A DNA stretch of 63,982 nucleotides, filler included, from an uncultured bacterium (GCA_964506785.1; 7 parts of 7 records of this genome joined end to end with filler, not necessarily neighbours in it); one strand, 5' to 3'; positions 1 to 10,979 are shown, counted from the first letter of the whole stretch. Numbers and translations are program-made. Notes: generated by a model from the letters alone, not told the origin.

Positions 1-879
1 TTTTTTTTCGTCAGGGATCAATTTTTCTATTTCTTCAATCTTTTCTGGAGTATAATTCCCATCAAACAACTCTTTATTCGCTAGAATGATTTTCTCGTCA
101 ATAATACCGTAAAGCGGACTCTCAGGTGAAGCATCCCTTAATTGCATAAATACGGAATAGTTCATCTTTTCAAATTCCTCTGCGCTATCGATAATTTTGC
201 CCTTTTCCCCTTTTAAAAATTTATTTTTATGCTGAGGCAGTGGTAAATAAGGCATATGGACATGAATAGGATCCATAGCTAAAAAGAATTTGCTGTCTTT
301 ATTCTTTTCAATCCAGGGAAGTATCTTTTCTTTTCCATCTCCATCGAGATTCGGCTCCAATTCTCCCAGATAATCGAATCCCCGTCCAAAACCTGCCTCT
401 ATGTCCAAATGAGGGAAATAAAGCGCAGAAAACCAAGCAGTATTATATCCATGAATATTTAAAATCTCCGTCAGCGTATGAATATGAGAAGTTAGCTTAT
501 CTTTGAAAGGATAAAACACACCATGAGACTTTGGATAAAGAGAAGTAATCAGAGATATCATGCTTGGCAAGGTATAGCCAGCCTGACTATAGGCATTTTC
601 AAAAATAATGGATTCCTTGGCTAAGGCATCTATGGCCGGCGTAGTCTTACGGGAATAGCCGTAGCAACCAACATGATCAGCCCGTAAACAGTTAATTGTA
701 ATCAGGATAACATTGTAATCACTGTTTGACTTTAATCCTGATTGTTTATTAAACCAAAAAGTACCTTTATAATTTGAGAATGAATAAAGAGCTATCAAAC
801 CTAAAGAAAAAACAACTAAAGCTAATAAAAAAAAATTTATCCTTTTCTTCTTTTGGATTTTTATTTTAGACTTTGCCAT
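1..879 (-). CDS. Sulfatase-like hydrolase/transferase (alkaline phosphatase superfamily), N-terminal membrane anchor; 3' end runs off the window
   Basis: Manual translation from ATG 879: MAKSKIKIQKKKRINFFLLALVVFSLGLIAL...NVILITINCLRADHVGCYGY..TTPAIDALA...FENAYSQAGYTLPSMISLITSLYP, the typical sulfatase-fold N-terminus. Confidence 0.85.
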   Translation of the reverse strand, partial: MAKSKIKIQKKKRINFFLLALVVFSLGLIALYSFSNYKGTFWFNKQSGLKSNSDYNVILITINCLRADHVGCYGYSRKTTPAIDALAKESIIFENAYSQAGYTLPSMISLITSLYPKSHGVFYPFKDKLTSHIHTLTEILNIHGYNTAWFSALYFPHLDIEAGFGRGFDYLGELEPNLDGDGKEKILPWIEKNKDSKFFLAMDPIHVHMPYLPLPQHKNKFLKGEKGKIIDSAEEFEKMNYSVFMQLRDASPESPLYGIIDEKIILANKELFDGNYTPEKIEEIEKLIPDEKK

Positions 880-901
880 TTCTATTTTATTATATCCTTT
901 C

Positions 902-3256
902 CTAACTTACCGAGATAAGCTTCAATTTGTCTTTGAATTTCTGGATTAGTTTCTTTTTTAACAACTGGTGAACCGATAAAGATAAAGCCGGGTCGTCTTT
1001 AATGAGCTTAAAGGCAGCCTCTCTTGATTCTTCCAATATTTTTAAATCGGAGACAATATTGCCAATTTTAAATTCAGGCAATCCATGCTGGCGGGTGCCA
1101 AAAAATTCTCCGGGGCCGCGGATACCTAAATCTTCTTCGGCAATCTGGAAGCCATCGCTAGTTTCAGTCATCACCTTAAGGCGCTTTCGGCTGATTTGAG
1201 TTTTTGTTTTAGATATAAGAATACAGTAAGAGGAAAATGCTCCCCGGCCGATTCTCCCTCTCAGCTGATGCAATTGAGCTAAACCAAACCTCTGGGCCTC
1301 TTCAATAACCATTATCGTAACATTAGAAATATCAATACCAACTTCGATGACAGTGGTAGAAACCAAGATATCTATTTTTTTCTCCCGGAATTCCTTCATT
1401 ATTTTCTCTTTCTCCTGCCTCTTTATCCGGCCGTGAATCAAGGCTACTTTTAAATCCGGGAAAATCTCATTTTTAAGATATGCCGCGCCTTCTTCGGCAG
1501 CCTTTAAATCAAGCTTCTCCGATTTCTTAATCAAAGGATAAACAATGTAGGCCTGATGGCCGAGTTGAATCTGCTCTTTAACAAATCTATAAATACCCCT
1601 TCTTTCCTCCGGTCCCAGCCAGTAGGTGTTAATCGGTTTTCTTCCCGGCGGCAGCCCTTCAATAGTTGAAATATCTAAATCGCCATAAACGGTTAAAGCC
1701 AGCGTCCGGGGAATGGGAGTAGCCGTCATTACCAAGATATCAGGATTCAGCCCCTTTTCTTTGAGTTTTGCCCTTTGTAAAACGCCAAAACGATGCTGCT
1801 CGTCAATAACCACTAAACCCAATTTTTTAAAAACCACCTCTTCTTCAAGAAGAGCGTGCGTGCCGACAATAATCTGGGTAGTCCCTTTCTTTATATCTTC
1901 CCGGGCGGCTTCTTTGGCCTTTTTAGACATACTGCCAATTAGAAAACTTACGGTAATTCCTTGAGAAATTAAAAATTTCTGCAAGCTTAAATAATGCTGC
2001 TCGGCTAAAATTTCGGTTGGGGCCATAATTGCCCCCTGAAAGCCGTTCTCTACACTGGTAAGAAGAGAGACAATGGCAATAACGGTCTTGCCCGCTCCTA
2101 CCTCACCTTGAATTAAACGATTCATCATTTTTTTACTGCCCATATCTTTTTTTATCTCATTAATTACCTTTTTCTGTTCCGCGGTTAATTCAAACGGCAG
2201 GCCTTGCAAAAAGTTATCGACCAGGTAACCCTGGCCAGGTTGTCTTATTCCCTTTGGTTCTCTTTTACCAAGCTTATGGATAGCCAGGGCTAATTGCAAA
2301 TAGAAAAATTCCTCAAAGACTAAGCGGCGGCGGGCTTCATCTTGGCAAGAATTATCAGTGGGAAAATGAATTTCGCTTATCGCCTCCCGGATACCCCGAA
2401 GTTTATATTTTTCAAGTAGGTAACCCGGTAATCTCTCAATTACAAGGGGGAGATAATCATCAAGAACATGTTTTACTATCTGTCTGAGAGTCCGCTGACT
2501 GAATTTCTCGGTTGAAGGATAAATAGGGACAATTCTTCCGGTATGAAGCAAATCATCCTGGCTGCCGCTTAAAATTTCATAGGCCGGATTTAATATCTGT
2601 AACTCCTTGAATCGTTCAATCTTACCGCTCATAACCAGCTGAGTGCCAACAGGCATTATATCCTTTAAATACGCCTGGTTAAACCAAACGGCATAGACAA
2701 TTCCCGTGCCATCACCGATGGCAATTCTTAAAATAGAAAGATTGGGACGAATCTTCTTTTCCTCCCGGGCTAAAACTTCTCCCTTTATTGTCTCCACTTC
2801 TCCTAATTTAATTTGTGAAATAGATTTAAGCTGGCTGCGGTCTTCATAACGCCGGGGGAAATAATATAACAAATCTTCGGCTGAATACACCCCGAGGCGC
2901 CTGAAAAGCCTGGCCCGTTTGGGGCCGACCCCTTTGATATATTGCACCGGAGATTCAAGCTTTAAAGTCTCCTGAGAAATAGAAGGCTTTTCTATCTGGC
3001 CTATTAACCTAAGGGCAATCTCCAGTTTTTTAATTCTTGATGTTCTTTCTTCTTTAGAATACCCCTTAAGAAGATTATTGATCGGTTTAATCTTATTGGC
3101 GAAATCTTTCCGGGGCAACTCTTTAAGGGATTTTTCTTCCCAGAGTTTCATATAAGCAGAAAGTCCTTTGGTAACTGCCCGGTCAGTATAACCTAATTTT
3201 TTTTCCAAAATAAGCGGCTTTTTTAAATTTATTAAAGCTTCTTTTATGCTGGGCAT
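902..3256 (-). CDS. recG: ATP-dependent DNA helicase RecG
   Basis: IKGVGPKRA wedge region, RLIQGEVGAGKT, IDEQHRFGV, MTATPIPRTL, QLHQLRGRIGRG, DLGIRGPGE. Confidence 0.97.
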   Translation of the reverse strand: MPSIKEALINLKKPLILEKKLGYTDRAVTKGLSAYMKLWEEKSLKELPRKDFANKIKPINNLLKGYSKEERTSRIKKLEIALRLIGQIEKPSISQETLKLESPVQYIKGVGPKRARLFRRLGVYSAEDLLYYFPRRYEDRSQLKSISQIKLGEVETIKGEVLAREEKKIRPNLSILRIAIGDGTGIVYAVWFNQAYLKDIMPVGTQLVMSGKIERFKELQILNPAYEILSGSQDDLLHTGRIVPIYPSTEKFSQRTLRQIVKHVLDDYLPLVIERLPGYLLEKYKLRGIREAISEIHFPTDNSCQDEARRRLVFEEFFYLQLALAIHKLGKREPKGIRQPGQGYLVDNFLQGLPFELTAEQKKVINEIKKDMGSKKMMNRLIQGEVGAGKTVIAIVSLLTSVENGFQGAIMAPTEILAEQHYLSLQKFLISQGITVSFLIGSMSKKAKEAAREDIKKGTTQIIVGTHALLEEEVVFKKLGLVVIDEQHRFGVLQRAKLKEKGLNPDILVMTATPIPRTLALTVYGDLDISTIEGLPPGRKPINTYWLGPEERRGIYRFVKEQIQLGHQAYIVYPLIKKSEKLDLKAAEEGAAYLKNEIFPDLKVALIHGRIKRQEKEKIMKEFREKKIDILVSTTVIEVGIDISNVTIMVIEEAQRFGLAQLHQLRGRIGRGAFSSYCILISKTKTQISRKRLKVMTETSDGFQIAEEDLGIRGPGEFFGTRQHGLPEFKIGNIVSDLKILEESREAAFKLIKDDPALSLSVHQLLKKKLIQKFKDKLKLISVS

Positions 3257-3321
3257 TTTATAGCTATTCGATTAAGCAGCCAACTGGTTAATGGATTAAT
3301 CACCGGTTAACCCCTTACCAG

Positions 3322-4335
3322 TTAAGTCCAGATTCCCTTCTGGGGGGTATTACACCCGGGACAAAAACCCCGGACCATCCGATTTTCGGCAATTTGAAAA
3401 CCCAAACGGCGGATTAATAAACTGCCGCAATTGCAGCAAAAGGTGTTTTCTCCTTCATCCCCGGGGACATTACCACAATATACATAATGAAGACCGGCTT
3501 TTTGACCGATTTCTCGGGCCTGTTTCAAAGTTGCCACCGGAGTTGGTGGAAAATGATTCAACTCATAGGTCGGATAGAATTGGGTTACATGCCAGGGAAC
3601 ATCCGCGCCCAACTCCTTACAGATAAATCGGGCAATATCTTTTAGTTCCTCAGCGGAATCATTTAAGGTAGGAATAATTAAGGTAGTAACTTCTATCCAG
3701 ATATTATTTTTTTTCATCAACTTAAGCGTCTCAAGCACGGGCTTAAGATGCGCCCGGCAAATCTTTTTATAAAATTCATCCCGGAATGATTTTAAATCAA
3801 CATTAGCCGCATCAAGATAACCCTGTATATAACTCAAGGCCTCCGCGGTCATATAGCCATTGGTTATAAAGGTATTTTTCAAGCCCTGATCTTTTGCCGC
3901 TTCAGCCGTATGGCGGGCAAATTCCATAAAAATAGTCGGTTCGGTGTAAGTATAGGAAATACTTTGACAACGGGCAGCCCTGGCCTTTTTTACCAGCTTA
4001 TCAGGGGTAACCTCCTCGCCGATAATTTTTTCTTTAAACCGCGGATACTGGGAGATATCGGCATTCTGGCAGTGGAGACAGAAAAAATTGCAGCCTACTG
4101 TAGCCACGGAGTAGGCTAAAGAGCCGGGCAGGAAGTGAAACAGGGGTTTCTTTTCAATCGGGTCAACATGCTGGGCAATTAGTTTGCCGTAAACTAAGCT
4201 GTAAAGCTTCCCCCCCCGGTTTTCCCTTACTTTGCAAAGACCTCTTTCATTAGGCAAAATGAGGCAGCGGTGGCTGCAAAGCAAACACCTGACTTTATTA
4301 TTATCCAACTTCTGGTAGAGTTCGGCTTCCTTCAT
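3322..4335 (-). CDS. amrS: AmmeMemoRadiSam system radical SAM enzyme
   Basis: N-terminal CLLCSHRC, DPIEKKPLFHF, CNFFCLHC radical SAM motif, YTYTEP, C-terminal Cys pairs. Confidence 0.9.
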   Translation of the reverse strand: MKEAELYQKLDNNKVRCLLCSHRCLILPNERGLCKVRENRGGKLYSLVYGKLIAQHVDPIEKKPLFHFLPGSLAYSVATVGCNFFCLHCQNADISQYPRFKEKIIGEEVTPDKLVKKARAARCQSISYTYTEPTIFMEFARHTAEAAKDQGLKNTFITNGYMTAEALSYIQGYLDAANVDLKSFRDEFYKKICRAHLKPVLETLKLMKKNNIWIEVTTLIIPTLNDSAEELKDIARFICKELGADVPWHVTQFYPTYELNHFPPTPVATLKQAREIGQKAGLHYVYCGNVPGDEGENTFCCNCGSLLIRRLGFQIAENRMVRGFCPGCNTPQKGIWT

Positions 4336-4383
4336 TATTCTGGTTGCGCGGGTAAGTAAAGCCCGTTAAAGCAAATAAATTCC

Positions 4384-4412
4384 TTGCTAAATTATAGATT
4401 CTATGTTACATT
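4384..4412 (+). promoter_or_regulatory. Putative sigma70 promoter of rpmB
   Basis: TTGCTA-17 nt-TACATT with extended -10 TG. Confidence 0.45.
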
Positions 4413-4449
4413 GTGACTTCAAAAATTGCGAAAATATGAGGAGAGCCTT

Positions 4450-4635
4450 ATGTCCAGAGTATGTGAAATCTGCGGAAAAAAACCAACAGTCGGTAATACG
4501 GTCAGTCACGCTAAAAATAGAAATAAACGGCGCTGGTTACCAAATCTTAAAAGGGCTAAATTAACCATAAAAGGTAAAACCCGCTACTATAAGGTTTGCA
4601 CCCGCTGTCTGCGGACCCTGCAAAAAAATACTTAA
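4450..4635 (+). CDS. rpmB: 50S ribosomal protein L28 (Zn-binding form)
   Basis: [30 protein letters not shown]...VCTRC; GAGGAG RBS before ATG 4450. Confidence 0.97.
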   Translation: MSRVCEICGKKPTVGNTVSHAKNRNKRRWLPNLKRAKLTIKGKTRYYKVCTRCLRTLQKNT

Positions 4636-4645
4636 ACTTCGTTTG

Positions 4646-6361
4646 TTACCTAACTACCTTTAAATCTTTCAAATTCAACTGAATAAAAGCCTCTCCCTGC
4701 CACTGATTCACTTCCGGATAGTATATTATATCAACCTTCCTATCTGCCGGGAGCAAACGTTCCAGGTGCCCCCCAAATTTAAAACCAATAACCTCTCTTA
4801 TATTATTGTCTTCTCTGACCATAAATTTCAGATGATTTTTGCCGACAATCCGGGGAAAATTTTCCAGCTTGAGCATTCGGCTGAGAAATATCGGGGCGGG
4901 ATTACCCGGACCAAAGGGAGCCAAAAACCTCAAATGATTCAAAAGGAGCGGGCTAATCTCTTCTAAACTGGCAACCCCATCAACCAGCCACTCAGAAGAA
5001 AAAGATTCTTCCGGTATGAGATATTCTCCAAGTTCTCTTAATTTTTGATGAAAAAAGGGAATCTTTTCCTGACTGATGGTTAAACCGGCCGCATATTTAT
5101 GGCCGCCGAAATTAATCAGATGCTCCTTACACTCGGCCAATACTTCATGAAGGGGAAAACCATTAACGCTGCGGGCCGATCCCCGGCTGATTTCATCCAG
5201 AGAGATAAGAAATACCGGCCGTAAAAATTTCTCTACCAGGCGGGAGGCAACAATGCCAACAACGCCTAAATGCCATTTGGGAGAGGAAAGCAGGATAATC
5301 TTTTCCTTTTCCAGGTTTATTTCTTTATCAATTTTATCCAGGGCTTCTTTTAAAACAGCTTCCTGAATATTCTGCCTCTTCCGATTAAGGCCATCCATCA
5401 TTCTGGCCAAATTCATTGCCGCTTCAAAAGAAGGGGCGGTCAAAAGCTTTACCCCGAGACTTCCTTCTGCTAACCTCCCGGCGGCATTAATCCGGGGGGC
5501 CAGGATAAAACTTACCTTTTGACAGTTCAAGTCCAGGGAAAGGTCCGATTTCAATCCGGCCACCTCTTTTAAAGCCTGAATGCCAAAATTAGAGCTCTTG
5601 GCTATCCTCTTTAAGCCGTGTTTAATGATTATTCTGTTCTCTCCGGTAAAAGGCACCGCGTCAGCAATTGTCCCCAAAGCAACTAAATCAAGATGCTCTA
5701 TCTCCCAGCGTTCTTTATCTTTAAAATTAAATTTATCCAGTAAGGCTTGAACCAATTTAAAGATTACCCCTACCCCGGCTAAATCCGGATAAGGATAGGT
5801 AGAATCCTTCCTTTTGGGATTAATCAAAGGAAATTCCGGGAAAGGCTCAATATAAACAGCGTGGTGATCAGTAATGATTATATCTAACTTCCGCTCTTTG
5901 GCAAAATTCAAAACTGACCAATCGTTTGTGCCGCAATCACAGGTTATAATTAATTTTGTCCCCGAACCAGCCGCTTTCTCTACCGCCTTTTTATTTAAAC
6001 CGTAACCTTCTTTTATCCGGTTGGGGATATAAAAAGTAACCTTTGCCCCCAAAAGATTAAGTGATTTATAAAGTATGGTTGTGGCGGTAATACCATCGAC
6101 ATCATAATCACCATAGATAAGAATAAGTTCTTTTTTCTCTATTGCCCGCTCAATCAAATTAAGAGCCCGTTCCATATCCCGGAAAAGAAAAGGACTGTGT
6201 AACTGCGAAAGTTTTGCCCGAAGAAATAGACGGGCCTTCTCTTCGGTATCAAAACCACGGTTAATCAATACCTGAGTAAATAAGGGTGAGGAATCTAAGG
6301 CCTGAGCTAATCTTTGATTAAGACGGGGATTCTGCGGGGCAATTTTCCAGACTTTTTTCAT
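4646..6361 (-). CDS. recJ: Single-stranded DNA exonuclease RecJ
   Basis: YGDYDVDG, TDHH, DLVALGTIAD, PRINAAGRL, FGGHKYAAG; ATG 6361 overlaps the secF stop (ATGA). Confidence 0.96.
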   Translation of the reverse strand: MKKVWKIAPQNPRLNQRLAQALDSSPLFTQVLINRGFDTEEKARLFLRAKLSQLHSPFLFRDMERALNLIERAIEKKELILIYGDYDVDGITATTILYKSLNLLGAKVTFYIPNRIKEGYGLNKKAVEKAAGSGTKLIITCDCGTNDWSVLNFAKERKLDIIITDHHAVYIEPFPEFPLINPKRKDSTYPYPDLAGVGVIFKLVQALLDKFNFKDKERWEIEHLDLVALGTIADAVPFTGENRIIIKHGLKRIAKSSNFGIQALKEVAGLKSDLSLDLNCQKVSFILAPRINAAGRLAEGSLGVKLLTAPSFEAAMNLARMMDGLNRKRQNIQEAVLKEALDKIDKEINLEKEKIILLSSPKWHLGVVGIVASRLVEKFLRPVFLISLDEISRGSARSVNGFPLHEVLAECKEHLINFGGHKYAAGLTISQEKIPFFHQKLRELGEYLIPEESFSSEWLVDGVASLEEISPLLLNHLRFLAPFGPGNPAPIFLSRMLKLENFPRIVGKNHLKFMVREDNNIREVIGFKFGGHLERLLPADRKVDIIYYPEVNQWQGEAFIQLNLKDLKVVR

Positions 6362-7245
6362 CCTGACTTTCTTCTTTTCCTTCGCCGCCACTCCACAATT
6401 AAAGGACTGGCCACAAAGACAGAAGAATAGGTTCCAGTAATAATTCCAACCATCAGGACAAAAGCAAAATCATGGATTACTTCGCCTCCCCAGATAAATA
6501 AAGCCACTACGGCAAGAAGGGTGGTCACCGTGGTCAATAGCGTCCGGGAAAGCGTTTGATTAATACTGGTATTTATGATGGTTTCAAAATTCTCCTTGCG
6601 CATCAGCCGTAAGTCCTCTCTAATGCGGTCATAAACGACAATTGTATCGTTAATTGAATACCCAATCAAAGCAAGAAAAGCAGCCAGAACCGGAAGGGTA
6701 ATTTCCCTCCCGGTAACCGCACAGGCGCCAAGGGTAATCAAAATATCGTGAATAAGAGCGATGACGGCACCGACAGCATATTCAAATTCAAATCGAATGG
6801 AAACGTAAATTCCTATTCCTAAAAAAGAAAATATCAAAGCGAGCAGGCCCTTTTTACGCAAATCTTTTCCCACCGCCGGGCCAACCATCTCTGTCCTCTT
6901 GTGGAGGAATGGATTGCCTGAATAATCCTGGCGGATTTTCTCAAAAATAATTCTCTCTGTCTCGGCCTGGGTTCTGATAATTATCTCTTTCCCCTGGCCG
7001 AATCTTTGAATGGTGCTTTTACCTAAATTTATCTCTTTGAGACTCTGACGGATGCTTTCAATCGAAATCTCTTTTTCAAATTCTAACTGGATAAGGGTCC
7101 CTCCGCTGAAGTCCACTCCGAGGTTTTCTTCACCCCGCTTGGAAAAAAATATCAACCCGACAATAATCAAGGAAAGGGAAAGAAAAAGAGCAATCTTTCT
7201 CTTGCCGATGAAATCTATATGAGTGCCTTCTTTGATAAAACGCAT
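6358..7245 (-). CDS. secF: Protein translocase subunit SecF
   Basis: GVDFSGG, VGPAVG, HD in TM helix, GYSINDTIVVYDRIRE, GTYSS. Confidence 0.97.
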   Translation of the reverse strand: MRFIKEGTHIDFIGKRKIALFLSLSLIIVGLIFFSKRGEENLGVDFSGGTLIQLEFEKEISIESIRQSLKEINLGKSTIQRFGQGKEIIIRTQAETERIIFEKIRQDYSGNPFLHKRTEMVGPAVGKDLRKKGLLALIFSFLGIGIYVSIRFEFEYAVGAVIALIHDILITLGACAVTGREITLPVLAAFLALIGYSINDTIVVYDRIREDLRLMRKENFETIINTSINQTLSRTLLTTVTTLLAVVALFIWGGEVIHDFAFVLMVGIITGTYSSVFVASPLIVEWRRRKRRKSG

Positions 7246-7246
7246 T

Positions 7247-8623
7247 TTATCCTATACTTAACTTCTGAATTTTTCGCTTTTGCAAAAGTAACTGATAGAT
7301 TGTCCGGGTAACGGTAATGGCGGTAAACATACTGGCTAAAATTCCGATAATCAGGGTAACGGCAAACCCCCGGACCGGACCGGTGCCAAAGAAAAAAAGG
7401 CAGGCAGCGGTAATCAAGGTGGTCAAATTAGCGTCTACAATAGTTAAAAAAGCCCTTTGATAACCCATGCTGACTGCGGCAGAAATGGTTTTTCTCATTT
7501 TCAGCTCTTCACGAATTCTTTCAAAAATTAAAACATTGGCATCAACGGCCATACCAATGGTTAAGGCGATACCGGCTAAACCGGGAAGGGTAAGGGTAGC
7601 TTGAAACATCGCCAGGACACCTAAAATGATGACAATATTAAAAAATAAAGCCAGGTTGGCCAAAAATCCGGAAAGGCCGTAATAAAGACACATAAAAACG
7701 ACAATGAAAATACCGCCTAATAAAATGGCTTTGATGCCGGTGCGAACAGAATCCCTCCCCAAACTGGGACCAACGGTTCTATTTTCCAAAATGGTTACCG
7801 GAGCCGGCAAAGCGCCAGCTTTAAGAACGATGGCTAAATCCTTGGCTTCATCGTGGCTGAAACGGCCGGTTATCTGCCCGCTCCCATGAGGAATTCTTTC
7901 ATTAATAACCGGGTCAGAATAAACGGTGCCGTCAAGCACAATAGCCAGACGGCGGCCAACATTCGTCCCGGTGACCCGGGCAAAAATCTTTCCCCCTTCT
8001 TTATCAAATTCGAAAGCAACATAGGGTTCGTTAAAACGGGCCTGGTCAATAGAAACATGGGCATCAACTAAATGGGCGCCGGTAAGCTCGGCTTCTTTTT
8101 TAAGCAGAAGCGGTATTTTTTCCTCTCTCATTCCCTCCCGGGGCTTATAGGTTTTATATTTCAATTCATATTGCCCGGGAACTTCTCCCTCCAGAGCCTT
8201 CTCTAAAGCCTGGCTGTCATCGCTGACCAGTTTAAATTCTAAAAGAGCGGTTTTACCGATTAAATCAATAGCCCGCTCCGGGTCATCTACGCCAGGAAGC
8301 TGAACTAAGATTCTGTCTTTTCCCTCTTTCTGAATAATCGGCTCGGCAACGCCAAATTCATCAATTCGATTGCGGATAATCTCCTTGGCAATTTCCGTGG
8401 CTTCAGCGGCATGCCCCGGATCCATTCCGGAGGTATCAACTTTAAGGATTAAATGCATCCCTCCTTGAAGATCCAAACCCAGGTTTATTTTTTTCTCGGG
8501 CAGGAGAAATTTAATCGAGTCGGGGACAAATCTATATAATGGCGATGAAGGAAGGGCGTAAGCACCAAGGACAAAAATAACCAGCAATATCAGAATAACT
8601 TTCCACTTAAGTCGTTTATTCAC
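7247..8623 (-). CDS. secD: Protein translocase subunit SecD
   Basis: LGLDLQGG, GVAEP, VGPSLG, IGMAVDANVLIFERIREE; GTG 8623 fits the AAGGA RBS (TTG 8629 is an alternative). Confidence 0.97.
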   Translation of the reverse strand: MNKRLKWKVILILLVIFVLGAYALPSSPLYRFVPDSIKFLLPEKKINLGLDLQGGMHLILKVDTSGMDPGHAAEATEIAKEIIRNRIDEFGVAEPIIQKEGKDRILVQLPGVDDPERAIDLIGKTALLEFKLVSDDSQALEKALEGEVPGQYELKYKTYKPREGMREEKIPLLLKKEAELTGAHLVDAHVSIDQARFNEPYVAFEFDKEGGKIFARVTGTNVGRRLAIVLDGTVYSDPVINERIPHGSGQITGRFSHDEAKDLAIVLKAGALPAPVTILENRTVGPSLGRDSVRTGIKAILLGGIFIVVFMCLYYGLSGFLANLALFFNIVIILGVLAMFQATLTLPGLAGIALTIGMAVDANVLIFERIREELKMRKTISAAVSMGYQRAFLTIVDANLTTLITAACLFFFGTGPVRGFAVTLIIGILASMFTAITVTRTIYQLLLQKRKIQKLSIG

Positions 8624-8658
8624 TATCAATCCTTATAGGGTGTATAAGCTGACAGCAG

Positions 8659-8688
8659 AATATATCATATTAAAGTCAGATTTGTCAA
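8659..8688 (-). promoter_or_regulatory. Putative sigma70 promoter of secD-secF-recJ
   Basis: TTGACA (8688-8683), then TGnTATATT at 18-nt spacing on the minus strand. Confidence 0.45.
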
Positions 8689-10579
8689 TCAATAAATCTT
8701 GAGTTCTCTCTCCTCAACCAGAGATTTTCCCCATTTGTCCTCATTATAACGGCGCCATCCAAATCGGTTCGATATACCTTTATGCCCAACTGGCTATATG
8801 CATCCAGGGTTTCCTGGTGTGGATGGCCATAAGGATTATTTTTGCCGCAGGAGATAACGGCGATTTCCGGATTGACTAATTTTATAAAATCGGTATAGAC
8901 ACTGCCCCGCCCGCCATGATGGGGCACCTTTAAAACCTCCGCCTCTAATTCAACCTCTCTTTCTATCAATCTTTTCTCCCCCTCTTTTAAGATATCCGCG
9001 GTAAAAAGAAATTTTACCTTTCCATATTGGAGCAAAAGAACCACCGAATTATTATTCAGATGTCCTCTTTCAGTAAATAAAGGCAGACTTGGATGAAGAA
9101 CCTTAATTTTTGTCCGCGGGAAACCCTTGATTTCATCTCCCTGGCTGATTAATCGGTAAGGGATATCTTTCTGAGCGATAAGCTCAAGAAATTCCCGGTA
9201 TAACCAGGAGGTGTGAACCAATCCCGGCTCGAGAATCATCCCGACCGGAAAACCCCGAAGGATGGGGATTAACCCTCCGACATGGTCGGCATCAGGATGG
9301 GTAAGAATAACTAAATCAATCTTTCTAATCCCCTTTTTCCAAAGATAGGGCTTGAGCTTCTTGCGGCCGTCTTTAATCTTTCCGCCGTCAATGAGGAGAT
9401 TTCCCCCTTCAGGGAATTGAATAAAAATAGCATCGCCCTGGCCGATATCAACAAAATTCACCTGAAGCTTTTGCGGTATTAAAGCCTGGGCCCAGATAAA
9501 AAGGTTTAAAGCGACTAAAAGTGCAATAAAGATTTTTTTTATGTTGATCTTTAAACCTTTTAGTTCTTTGCGAAAAAATAAAAGGATAATAAAAAGATAA
9601 TAAGCGGAAATGGCCAGAACCGAGGGGCTATAGACCGGATGGACGGCCCAGGGAAGCTGAACCAATGCCTTAACCAGCCACCTCAAAGCAGTTAAAAGAA
9701 GGCCGTTGGCCGCATTAAAGATTTTAGCCAAAGGCAAAAATATTAATCCGGATAAACTAGCATAAAAACTTACTTTGAGAATTAAACCGAGTAGAGGGAT
9801 AACCAGTAAATTAGCAACTATCGCTACCGGAGTAACCAGGTTAAAATAAAAGGCAATAATCGGCAGGAGGCCAATTTGAACAGCAATTATCCCGGCAAGC
9901 AAAGAAATAAAGCGTTTATTTAGTTTTGGCAGAAACCTTCCAAGCCAAAGGCTGATTTTGGGGGTTAAAATAATCAAGAAAAGCACGGCTAAAAAAGAAA
10001 GCTGGAATCCGGTTTGAAAAAGCATCAGGGGGTTAAAAATTAAAATGACTAAAGCGGCTAACGAAAGAATATTAAGAATGTTCCTTTTTCTTCCCAGAAT
10101 AAGACCAACAAAGAAAAAAACCGTCATTAAACTTGCCCGGACGACCGAAGGACGAAAACCGTTAGAAAGAACTATAAGAGTATAGGTAATAATCAAAGGA
10201 ATGGTTAAAAGAACGGAAGCTTTCCGGGAGAAGCGCAGAAGCTGGAAGAAAAAGAAAAAAATAAAACTTAAAAGTCCAATGTGAAGGCCGCTTATGGCTA
10301 AGATATGAAAAGTCCCGGTATTTTTGAAGGCTTCCTGGATGTCTTGAGAAAGCAACTCCCTCTTTCCTAAAACCAAGCCCTTAATCAAGGCTAAATTATC
10401 GGGATTACCCATGGTCTGGTCAAAGATGTTTTCTATGCGCTGACTCAGGGGAGAGAAAAATTTCAGAAATGCCGGCGAATAATTCTCTGGCAGGGTGAAA
10501 GTTAAAAATAAACTGGTTAGAGTAAAAGATAAAAGGAGAATAATGAGATAAAAATGAATTGCCGTTCGGCGGAGGAAGA
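8685..10579 (-). CDS. comEC: ComEC/Rec2 DNA uptake protein (competence plus metallo-beta-lactamase domains), 5'-truncated by the contig end
   Basis: HILAISGLH, PSVVRA, GFQLSF, DIGQGDA, THPDADHVGG, KVPHHG, NPYGHP; frame open upstream of ATG 10412 to the gap. Confidence 0.93.
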
Positions 10580-10679
10580 NNNNNNNNNNNNNNNNNNNNN
10601 NNNNNNNNNNNNNNNNNNNNNNNTTAATTAATTAANNNNNNNNNNNNNNNNNNNNNNNNNNNNNNNNNNNNNNNNNNNN
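10580..10679. other. Artificial contig linker (N-TTAATTAATTAA-N)
   Basis: 100-nt N spacer carrying the six-frame stop; genes are cut on both sides. Confidence 0.98.
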
Positions 10680-10979
10680 GGGAATTCTCTTGAAGTCAAA
10701 CCTCCTCAAGTGCCTATTGTCAGTAATGTCAATGCCCATTTTGCAGAAAGGCCGGCCCAAATCAAGGAGAATTTAATTAAACAGCTAAGCCAGCCTGTTC
10801 GCTGGACAGAATCAATAGAGAATTTAATAACTCAAGGTTTTAATATTTTTGTTGAAGTTGGCCCTCGGCGGGTTCTTTCCGGTCTGCTTTCTCAGGGTAA
10901 TAAGGGGATAGTTAGTCTAAATGTAGAAGATGAGAAATCTTTGGAAAGAACTAAAAGAGAACTTAAAAGCAGGTTATAG
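10680..10979 (+). CDS. fabD: Malonyl-CoA:ACP transacylase, 3' fragment
   Basis: PIVSNV, QLSQPVRW, FVEVGP..VLSGL; lies directly upstream of fabG. Confidence 0.9.
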   Translation, partial: GNSLEVKPPQVPIVSNVNAHFAERPAQIKENLIKQLSQPVRWTESIENLITQGFNIFVEVGPRRVLSGLLSQGNKGIVSLNVEDEKSLERTKRELKSRL

